Shown: positions 5,182 to 11,504 of the stretch, piece by piece
Position numbering within the stretch: the stretch's first letter is position 1
How the letters are laid out: each line of letters opens with the position of its first letter
Virus record (IMG/VR): IMGVR_UViG_3300045988_106194
Direction: 5' to 3' (one strand)
Source of the DNA: a virus
Length of the DNA: 11,504 nucleotides
Position numbers and translations under genes: made by a program
The notes under the pieces: generated by a model
Told to the model about the DNA's origin: nothing
Databases searched by the model: none
The model's input: the letters and a program-made list of their open reading frames with translations, nothing else

Positions 5182-6137
5182 TTCTTGCCCCCTTTCTTTT
5201 TACGCTGTTCCTCGGTGTCCTCATCGGTGGGGTCGTTTTCCCGTTCTTCCTCGGTTGTTACTTCCACGCCTGTAACCAAACTTTCGTAGTTTTCATGCTC
5301 CAAATACCAAGAACTACCCAAACGCACGGATATTTCAGTACCGAACATTTCGTTTACCTGTTTCAGTGCCTTTTGTCTTTCATGTAGCATATTATCCACA
5401 TACGGCAAAAGTACGTCAACATTCATAGCAACCTCGCCCGTGTTCAGTCGTTCACGCTTCATGTTGTAGTTGGCATTTAGTCCCAACTCGTTCAACATAT
5501 TAGCCTTGTAATACTGCACAAGTTCCACAAGTTGCGTTATATACTGGGTGTTGCTGGTGGCTGTTGTCTGCATATTAACGCCCTTAAAAAAGGCGTTTTC
5601 CCCGATAACGGAAAAGTCCCCGTCCAGTATCTTTTTTAAGAACTCGTCTGCACTTTGCTTTGTCTTGTCATCGCTGGCACTTATCAGCATAGTAATACGG
5701 GTTAAAATGCTGGCTGTGTTCAGTGATATAACACCGTCCGTATATAACACGGCAAATTTTCCTATAAGTGGCAAAAGGCTGTTGCCGTTGGTGTCGTTCT
5801 TGATAAAGACACCGTCCACGCCTATTTTATAGGACTTATTCAGTTTTAACGCTGGGTTCGCTACCGTGTAAATTGTCGGTCTGTTGTACGGGTCGGGTTC
5901 TCCACCTGCTGCACCCTGTAAGGCGTACAAGTCCCCGTTTACCTCTGCAAAAAAGGCGTTGCCCTCTGTCTGCAAAAGCCTTTCCAGTTCCTCGGCTGGC
6001 ACGGTGTCGGGTAAGCCCTCATATACAAGCATCGCCTGCGTTTTCGCCAACGTGTTTTCAATGAAAGACATTACCGCCATGTCCTTATTTTTAACGTAGG
6101 ACTGGAAACGCTGGTATATGTTTTCTTTTTTCTTCAT
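5178..6137 (-). CDS. Portal (head-tail connector) protein, phi29 gp10-like (about 319 aa from the ATG at 6137)
   Basis: [27 protein letters not shown] parallels gp10 [45 protein letters not shown] parallels [45 protein letters not shown] parallels [33 protein letters not shown]. The track start at 6164 is a TTG inside the promoter-like box, so I prefer [11 protein letters not shown] at 6137. TGA stop. Confidence 0.85.
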   Translation of the reverse strand: [319 protein letters not shown]

Positions 6138-6154
6138 ACGCACGTATATATAAA

Positions 6155-6177
6155 TTTTCTGCAAAAATACAAATTTA
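6155..6177 (-). promoter_or_regulatory. Candidate promoter for the structural genes in the ATPase-portal intergenic region
   Basis: The minus strand reads TAAATTTG TATTTTTG CAGAAAA, two adjacent TAnnTTTG boxes (6177-6170 and 6169-6162). The 12-mer TTTTTGCAGAAA is identical to 267-278 of the ITR. An alternative sigma70-like reading is TTGTAT, 16 nt, TATATA. The 85-nt gap is the largest non-terminal intergenic region inside the leftward array. Confidence 0.45.
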
Positions 6178-6222
6178 TTTTGTTAAAAGTGTACCGTTTG
6201 CAGAAAAATTTTCGTTTTAACC

Positions 6223-7359
6223 TTATTTTAGTGATATAATGTTGGTTTTTGCACTCGTTATAAGGTAATTTCGGACAATTTCGCCTACTTCGTTGTCTTG
6301 ATAGAAAACCTTATCAGTTGCGAAATATCTGGCTACCTGCTGTTCTATGTAACTGGCATTGCTTATAAGTTTGCGTTTGTAGTTCGGTTTGCCGTTCATT
6401 TCAAGTGAGTAAATAAGGCTGTTTTCCGTGTCCTTAATCGGGGTTGTTTTCATGTGTATATACGTGAAATTCTCGTTACCCACCTGTATAATGTTGCCCT
6501 GCAAAATAGTGTCGTTAAACTGGATATAATAGACAAACAAAACATCTTTCGGGGCATACTTCACGGGCAAATGTGGATATACTGCCAGTTCCCATTTACC
6601 GCCCGTTATCATCTGCAAATTTTGGTTGTCGAAACAAAAGTATTTGTTACTGGCTTTGTGCTTCACTACCGTACTGCAATACTCAACGGCTACCGTTGCC
6701 CCGTGTTCCCCGAAACGGTAAATGTCTATTGTACCCTGTTCCATTACTGGAACTTGCTTTAACCCCATTTCGGTAAAATACGGGCAATACTTGTTTACAG
6801 TGTTACCCAACATGAAAACCTTTACATCGTCCCTTTGTCGTATTATGGTGCTTAATAGGTTCATAAACAACATAAACTCATCGGGCAAATAGTAACGCCT
6901 TGTTAGGAACTCATCAAATACCACGGTCGTAACATTCGGGTAACTGCTGCTTTTTTCGTGTTCCTGCTCGGACAAACAAAAGCCGTAACAAAACGGCACA
7001 TCGCACGGGGTACGCTTGCCCGTTTCTTCGTTGTAGTACGACAAAAACCATTTGTTCGACATATAGAACACCTCGTTAAATTTCCCGTCTGTAAGGGTCG
7101 AAATAAGCCCGTTTGCCGTGTGGTTTGCAAATAGGCTTTCGGCACGTTTGCCCCTCAAATCTTCACGCCAACGCCTAATATATGCCATTTGCTTGCTCGT
7201 GTTAATAAACTGTTCCAGTCCGTAACGTAACGCTGCGTATGTCTTACCGTTGGAACGCTCGCCAAATATCAGATTATAGTCTGCGTTCTTTGCCAGTATC
7301 TCCCCCAAATCGTAAAATTTCGGGGTGTTGCTTTCCTGCTGCTGTTTCTTCTTTGCCAT
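6223..7359 (-). CDS. DNA packaging (encapsidation) ATPase, phi29 gp16-like (378 aa)
   Basis: Walker A is GERSNGKTY. MAYIRRWREDL parallels gp16 FIYVRRYKPEL. SSYPNVTTVVFDEFLTR (Walker B) parallels NAYPNVSTIVFDEFIRE. FMLGNTVNKYCPYF parallels ICLSNAVSVVNPYF. Confidence 0.9.
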   Translation of the reverse strand: MAKKKQQQESNTPKFYDLGEILAKNADYNLIFGERSNGKTYAALRYGLEQFINTSKQMAYIRRWREDLRGKRAESLFANHTANGLISTLTDGKFNEVFYMSNKWFLSYYNEETGKRTPCDVPFCYGFCLSEQEHEKSSSYPNVTTVVFDEFLTRRYYLPDEFMLFMNLLSTIIRQRDDVKVFMLGNTVNKYCPYFTEMGLKQVPVMEQGTIDIYRFGEHGATVAVEYCSTVVKHKASNKYFCFDNQNLQMITGGKWELAVYPHLPVKYAPKDVLFVYYIQFNDTILQGNIIQVGNENFTYIHMKTTPIKDTENSLIYSLEMNGKPNYKRKLISNASYIEQQVARYFATDKVFYQDNEVGEIVRNYLITSAKTNIISLK

Positions 7360-7364
7360 ATCCT

Positions 7365-9572
7365 TTAATCTTTGAATTTGATACCACGTAAATAATTAAG
7401 ATAGATAACGGACAAACTAAGGCTGTACCCTGTCGGTTCAAGGTGTACCCCCGATTTTTCGTTATAGTCGCACTCGTTGCCTAAATAGTCAAATATGCTT
7501 CCAGTTATGCCGTAATCTATATAAGTGTGAATGTTTTTGCCTGTTGCTTTCGGGGGCAAATCAAGGTAGTTTGTAAATGCGTCAAATATGCCGTTTTGCC
7601 CGTACTTCTCCATAAGGTAGGGAATAGCACATTTTTTGTTTACGCCCGAAACGGTCAAAGATACGGGGTAACTTTTGCCCCCTGTCTTCAATGCGTTTTC
7701 CTGCTCTACCATGTAGCGTTTTGCCCCCAGTGTCTTAAAACGGGTGTAACGCCCCTCATAGTCCCAAACGCCTAACAACTTCTTTACGCCTTTTATTGTT
7801 TTCGGCTGGCACATCTCAAAGGGTATGCCGTGGAACTTGCACGCCTTGCGTAACTTCTGTTCTGCCTGTTTGTTGTAGGTGTCGAAATACGCTTTGTGCT
7901 GGTCGCCCTGCATTAACTTTATACTGTCGGTGTCGCTATATATGTAATCGTCTTTCGCTTCATATATTCCCGTGAATAGGTTACGCCTTGCGTATGCCGT
8001 TACAAAGATACCCCACGGATAAAACAAAAAACGGTTCTTGCTGGAATTGTAGGTATATAGCAAGTTACTTTGCTGTTCGGGTGTCATGTGTTCGGTGTCC
8101 CAGTCCCCGTTATATACGAACTCATCACGGAGGGGGTTTGTTACACACATACCGTAACAACTGTTTAGCATTTCCTTACTGTTCAAATACTCTACTTCCA
8201 TACCGTCCACGCCCTTTAAGGTGGTTTTCTTTTCGTATAGGTGTAATATAGCCTTTACAAACTCGGTCGGCAAATATCCACGCTTGTAACAGTACATCGT
8301 ACCCACACGCATACTTTCCCAGTGGTAAAAGTTCTTTATTATGTGAAAGTCAATATCTGTTATTGTGAGGGCTATTTGTTTGGCTGCTGCCACACGTCCG
8401 TTATTTTCTACCACGTTCTGTTTTATAAAACACTTGCTGGCACTTATCGGGTTGTCCTGTGTTTCGCTGGTGAATATGTTGTTAAACTCAATATCGAAGA
8501 CACAACAGTATTTCGATATAAGAAACTCAAATTGTTTCATACTCTTTACCTGTATGCAAACGCCCTTACTCATCGGGTATTGTTCGGCTACCATTACATA
8601 AGGGTAACTGCTGGTAAAGTCGTAACTATCCACTTCGGGGGTTATCTCATCGGTGTAAATTGCGTTTGCGTGTGTGAAACCGCCTGCAAAGGCACGTTGC
8701 AACATTCTGAACTCATCTAAACCCGTTATTTGTAGTTCCTGCATTAAATTAACGTAGTCCCAGTTTGGCACGGTCTTTCCCTCTTCGTTCTTTGTGCGCA
8801 AACAGTGCTTTCGGCAATACTTGCGTACAAACCCCGTCTTCGTCAAAGGTAGGTTGCAAATGTGCTTCACTTCTTCGATACGTTCCTGTATGTAACACAT
8901 CACTACTTTTATATCATTGATACAGTAACCTATTTCGGCATTTGTAAGGGGTGTTTGTCGGTGTCTTAATAGTGAGTAATCAAGGTCGCCCGTTTTCTTC
9001 TCACACTTGTATTTAACCAACTGTTCCCCAAGTTTAGCCAGTGAGTAACCCGATAAAAGGTAACTACACCGAAACTCTATAAAACGGCTGGTAATAGCGT
9101 AAATAGGTTTTCGCAAATCAATGCTGAAAACCTTTGCCCAGTCAAACCAATTTCGTATAAACTGGAACTCATACGAAAGGTTATGCACGTAGCATATTAA
9201 CCGCCTTTTCTCACCCAGTTGTAGGGTGTCGGCTATCACTTCGCACATTTCCGTAAATTCGTCCCACGTCCTGCCAACTATCACACGCCCGTTAATACCA
9301 AACTGCCAAACGTACATTATAGCCGCCTTTTCCAGTTTTATTTTACGTTTCTGCATAAGCCTTTGCGCCTGTTCGTAGTCGTATGCCGTCCCGTCCTCAT
9401 CACGGTAAAAACTGGTTGTTTCAATGTCAAAGGAACACGGCACATTATAAAAGTGTTCCCCCTTGCTGTTGCCTGTCAAATTCTTTTCATTAACGGATAA
9501 CTCTAAAACGGTGGCTATGTCAGTCGGTTTGTATATTCGGGTATCTTTTTCATTAAACGGTATTTTCTTCAT
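7365..9572 (-). CDS. Protein-primed family B DNA polymerase (735 aa)
   Basis: Exonuclease motifs are ExoI SFDIETTS, ExoII HNLSYEFQF and ExoIII YCINDIKVV. Polymerase motifs are A DFTSSYPYV, B KEMLNSCYG, C YSDTDSIK and KxY LGAKRYM. All are in canonical order and resemble phi29 DNA polymerase motifs. ITR-bounded genome context. Confidence 0.95.
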   Translation of the reverse strand: MKKIPFNEKDTRIYKPTDIATVLELSVNEKNLTGNSKGEHFYNVPCSFDIETTSFYRDEDGTAYDYEQAQRLMQKRKIKLEKAAIMYVWQFGINGRVIVGRTWDEFTEMCEVIADTLQLGEKRRLICYVHNLSYEFQFIRNWFDWAKVFSIDLRKPIYAITSRFIEFRCSYLLSGYSLAKLGEQLVKYKCEKKTGDLDYSLLRHRQTPLTNAEIGYCINDIKVVMCYIQERIEEVKHICNLPLTKTGFVRKYCRKHCLRTKNEEGKTVPNWDYVNLMQELQITGLDEFRMLQRAFAGGFTHANAIYTDEITPEVDSYDFTSSYPYVMVAEQYPMSKGVCIQVKSMKQFEFLISKYCCVFDIEFNNIFTSETQDNPISASKCFIKQNVVENNGRVAAAKQIALTITDIDFHIIKNFYHWESMRVGTMYCYKRGYLPTEFVKAILHLYEKKTTLKGVDGMEVEYLNSKEMLNSCYGMCVTNPLRDEFVYNGDWDTEHMTPEQQSNLLYTYNSSKNRFLFYPWGIFVTAYARRNLFTGIYEAKDDYIYSDTDSIKLMQGDQHKAYFDTYNKQAEQKLRKACKFHGIPFEMCQPKTIKGVKKLLGVWDYEGRYTRFKTLGAKRYMVEQENALKTGGKSYPVSLTVSGVNKKCAIPYLMEKYGQNGIFDAFTNYLDLPPKATGKNIHTYIDYGITGSIFDYLGNECDYNEKSGVHLEPTGYSLSLSVIYLNYLRGIKFKD

Positions 9573-9576
9573 ATAC

Positions 9577-10221
9577 TTACATACTGAATTTGTCGAAATC
9601 GTCCATTATCTTTTTAACGTCCTTTTCCATAAGTTCCACCGCGTTCCAATGGTCGTCCGCTGCCTGCTCTAACTGGTTATCCAGTACGTTTGCAAGGCTT
9701 TGGGCTTCGCTCTCTATTTGGTCGCTAAGGCTTCGGGCTTCTGTTTCCAGTTCCCCCGTAAAGTCTTTGTAACGCATTAGGTAGCGTTCTACAAAATTAG
9801 TGTCATCTATGCTTTGTAACTTCTTTTGTAGGTTCTTTGCCATTAGGTCGAACTCATCGGGTTTAAGGTCGTAGGACTGCATTAAATGCGTGTTGTACTG
9901 TCTTACACCTGTTGCCGTACTGGTAGGCTGTCGCAAAAACGAAATTGCCTTTGTGTACTCCATTTTTAGGGTGTTCCAGTCGCCACGCATAGAGAATTTT
10001 GTGTAACTCTCAACATCGCCCTTTTGCAGTGCTGCAACCGCTGGACTTATTAACCCTGCGTGTTCTATGTTCTGAATACGCCTGTTTGCCCGTTGGAATA
10101 CCTTTGCAATCTCGCTTCGTGCTGCTGGACTGCTTTCCAACTGGTCTAATATCCACTTTTGTAGGGGTTGTTTAGTACTGCGAAAAACGCCCCTTGTAAA
10201 TGCTATTTTACCGCCTTTCAT
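9577..10221 (-). CDS. Terminal protein candidate (214 aa)
   Basis: Lies immediately upstream of the polymerase (4-nt spacer), as gene 3 precedes gene 2 in phi29. It has a basic N-terminal part and an acidic helical C-terminal part. FSMRGDWNTLKMEYTKAISFLRQ loosely parallels phi29 terminal protein FETRAQFNKWKEQASSFTNR. The assignment rests mainly on synteny. Confidence 0.45.
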   Translation of the reverse strand: MKGGKIAFTRGVFRSTKQPLQKWILDQLESSPAARSEIAKVFQRANRRIQNIEHAGLISPAVAALQKGDVESYTKFSMRGDWNTLKMEYTKAISFLRQPTSTATGVRQYNTHLMQSYDLKPDEFDLMAKNLQKKLQSIDDTNFVERYLMRYKDFTGELETEARSLSDQIESEAQSLANVLDNQLEQAADDHWNAVELMEKDVKKIMDDFDKFSM

Positions 10222-10242
10222 GTCTTGTAATCTCGTTTAATA

Positions 10243-10272
10243 ACAAAAGGGGGTAAGCGTGTACCCACCCCC
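10243..10272 (-). terminator. Rho-independent terminator/attenuator between the 120-aa gene and the terminal-protein candidate; also an internal near-copy of the genome terminus
   Basis: The minus-strand RNA GGGGGUGG pairs with UUACCCCC (6 Watson-Crick plus 2 G-U pairs), with an 8-nt loop, followed by UUUUGUU. On the plus strand, 10246-10273 AAAGGGGGTAAGCGTGTACCCACCCCCT resembles the terminal 22 nt AAAGGTACGCTACCCACCCCCT and shares an exact 12-mer. Confidence 0.7.
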
Positions 10273-10296
10273 TTATAAGTAAGACAATACAGTAAA

Positions 10297-10659
10297 TTAC
10301 AAGTCCACAAACGAAACATTGTAACACTTCTTTCCGTGGCTCTCATACTCGTAGATAGTGTAACCTACTTTGCCGTTTTTAATCGCTTCAACGGCTTCAC
10401 TGTCTGCCAGTATTTCACAGGCTGTTTCTGCCATGTGTGAAGGTAGGTTTACTAACTTCTTCGCTTCTGCGTCAATGATAACGGGGCTATCGCCTAAACC
10501 GTTCTTGCTGGCATGTACGAAAATGCCGTTAATCGGGTGTACTACATCGTTGCCCCCGTTGTCCTTACTGTTGAAAATGTCTGCCAACTTGATATACTCA
10601 AAGTTGCTGGTGTCGATACCGAAACCGACTTTGTTAAACTTACTTGCAAATGTTGCCAT
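10297..10659 (-). CDS. Hypothetical early protein (120 aa); candidate abundant DNA-binding protein (SSB or dsDNA-binding)
   Basis: Occupies the position of phi29 genes 5/6, upstream of the terminal protein and polymerase genes. Its 5' leader is nearly identical to that of the capsid gene, and its own terminator follows. No motif I can name. Confidence 0.55.
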   Translation of the reverse strand: MATFASKFNKVGFGIDTSNFEYIKLADIFNSKDNGGNDVVHPINGIFVHASKNGLGDSPVIIDAEAKKLVNLPSHMAETACEILADSEAVEAIKNGKVGYTIYEYESHGKKCYNVSFVDL

Positions 10660-10670
10660 AGTTGTAAACT

Positions 10671-10690
10671 TTATTTGTTAAACATTCATT
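10671..10690 (-). promoter_or_regulatory. Internal copy of the ITR-boundary element AATGAATGTTTAACAAATAA, 11 nt upstream of the 120-aa gene ATG
   Basis: The reverse complement of 10671-10690 is identical over 20 nt to 391-410 at the left ITR junction. It overlaps the last codons (SMNV stop) of the 64-aa ORF. Confidence 0.7.
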
Positions 10691-10872
10691 GAATTGTCTT
10701 TCTGTTCGGTGGCTGTGAACTCTAAAAGCCACTTTTTGAAACGGTTTATCTTCATAACCGCTTTGTCATTCTTGCATACCTCGTTTGTAGTAATAAGGTG
10801 GTTCAGTGCAGCCAGTACCTCAAAACTGTACTCGTCAAACGGGTTGCGTACTTCGTTGTTATTCTCTGCCAT
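10678..10872 (-). CDS. Hypothetical small early protein (64 aa)
   Basis: ATG start 18 nt after the upstream stop, TAA stop, co-directional and tightly packed. No transmembrane segment or recognisable motif. Confidence 0.5.
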   Translation of the reverse strand: MAENNNEVRNPFDEYSFEVLAALNHLITTNEVCKNDKAVMKINRFKKWLLEFTATEQKDNSMNV

Positions 10873-10890
10873 TTTCTTATAAATTAAATG

Positions 10891-11109
10891 TTAATCAATG
10901 TTCGTTACTGCGTTCAGCGCGTGAATTATTTGCCCCGTGTACGGGTCAAAATGCACCGTTTCGCAAAACGCCTTTACATACTCGGCTTTGTAGCGTACCA
11001 ACGTCAAAGTAATTTCACGTTGTGCGTTGTAGTCCTTTGGAACTACCTGTTTACCATTCAAGTAATAAACGTGTTCATTGTTCATATACCATAACTTTTT
11101 GTTAAACAT
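10891..11109 (-). CDS. Hypothetical small early protein (72 aa; alternative start at 11085 giving MNNEHVYY...)
   Basis: First ORF downstream of the right ITR promoter. Its first four codons (ATG TTT AAC AAA) lie inside the ITR. TAA stop. No recognisable motif. Confidence 0.5.
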   Translation of the reverse strand: MFNKKLWYMNNEHVYYLNGKQVVPKDYNAQREITLTLVRYKAEYVKAFCETVHFDPYTGQIIHALNAVTNID

Positions 11110-11504
11110 TCATTGTGTATCAAACACGGTGCAAAGATACAAACAATTTTCGACATAACAACACATAAGCGAGAAAAAATTTTCATTTTTAGAATTTTTA
11201 ACAACCAACGTGCAACCACGTGAAAGTTTCTGCAAAAATTTTCAGCAACCAACAGCACCAGTTTAGTTTTGTAAATTTATTCACATTTGTAAATTTACAT
11301 TTGTAAATTCGTGCAAGCCGTTGAAAATCAGCGAGTTACAGGGCAAGTGTTCCACGTGGAACATTAACACCACGAACACCGCCCCAGCCGTGCAAGCCAG
11401 TGCCAGCCGTGTAGAGTGGCGACCCAGTACCCACGTGTTAAACTGTGTTAAACTATGTTAAAAGCCGTTGGGGGAACGTGGCAGGGGGTGGGTAGCGTAC
11501 CTTT
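11098..11504. repeat. Right inverted terminal repeat (407 bp)
   Basis: Exact reverse complement of 1-407 by manual comparison. It carries mirrored copies of the 10-bp repeats (11435-11464), the palindrome (11348-11363) and the AATTTACAAA repeats (11266-11309). Confidence 0.93.
11132..11139 (-). promoter_or_regulatory. Right-ITR copy of the inward-facing TATCTTTG promoter box
   Basis: Mirror image of 366-373. It lies 23 nt upstream of the ATG at 11109. Confidence 0.4.

Noticed and set aside
6138-6164. Longer portal ORF starting at 6164 (MQKIYIYVR...)
   Set aside because: The codon at 6164 is TTG and lies inside the TATTTTTG promoter-like box. The downstream ATG at 6137 gives MKKKENIY..., which aligns better with the start of gp10-like portals.
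7527-8720. Several 78-132-aa plus-strand ORFs inside the polymerase gene, and similar ones inside the ATPase, portal and tail genes (for example 6454-6762, 5548-5832, 1851-2156)
   Set aside because: All are antisense or alternative-frame ORFs nested in strongly supported genes. They have Cys/Arg/Val-rich low-complexity translations and no start signals.
1-11504. Alternative identity as a non-viral PolB element with ITRs (linear plasmid, casposon, polinton-like element)
   Set aside because: A gp8-like HK97-fold capsid protein, a gp10-like portal, a gp16-like packaging ATPase and a gp9-like tail protein are present. There is no integrase, Cas1 or double jelly-roll capsid signature. This points to a tailed phi29-like virus.
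1-11504. Mycoplasma phage P1-like virus using TGA as Trp
   Set aside because: All genes are intact and tightly packed under the standard code. TGA is used once as a stop (portal, in an ATGA overlap with the next gene), and the other stops are TAA or TAG. Base composition is not Mollicutes-like.
1-11504. tRNA genes, CRISPR arrays, integrase or attachment sites
   Set aside because: There are no cloverleaf-like segments in the few intergenic gaps. The short tandem repeats in the ITRs have 10-17-bp periods without spacers. No recombinase-like ORF is present.

Overview
The window appears to be a complete 11,504-bp linear dsDNA genome of a very small phi29-like (protein-primed) podovirus. By manual comparison, 1-407 is the exact reverse complement of 11098-11504, so the window is bounded by 407-bp inverted terminal repeats (ITRs) that begin 5'-AAAGG. 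I count 12 plausible genes. Two small acidic ORFs run rightward from the left ITR (421-1128). Ten genes run leftward from the right ITR: three small early ORFs, a terminal-protein candidate, a protein-primed family B DNA polymerase, a phi29 gp16-like packaging ATPase, a gp10-like portal, a 188-aa low-complexity protein (scaffold or adaptor candidate), a gp8-like HK97-fold major capsid protein, a 148-aa gp9-N-terminus-like tail protein, and a 525-aa tail protein with three N-terminal tandem domains. The two arrays converge at a hairpin-rich region (1129-1277). I saw no tRNA, CRISPR array, integrase, recognisable endolysin or holin. The points most worth a second look are these. (1) The ITRs are long and densely structured: 10-bp phased repeats, a 16-bp perfect palindrome, CACGTGG sites and tandem AATTTACAAA repeats. 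(2) An ITR-borne inward promoter and leader is shared by both genome ends. (3) A recurring AATGAATGTTTAACAAA element marks the ITR boundary and several gene starts. (4) An internal near-copy of the genome terminus sits inside the terminator hairpin just upstream of the terminal-protein candidate gene. (5) The gp9-like tail protein seems to be split across two ORFs. (6) No lysis cassette is visible. All homology statements come from motif-level recall of phi29 proteins, not from database searches.
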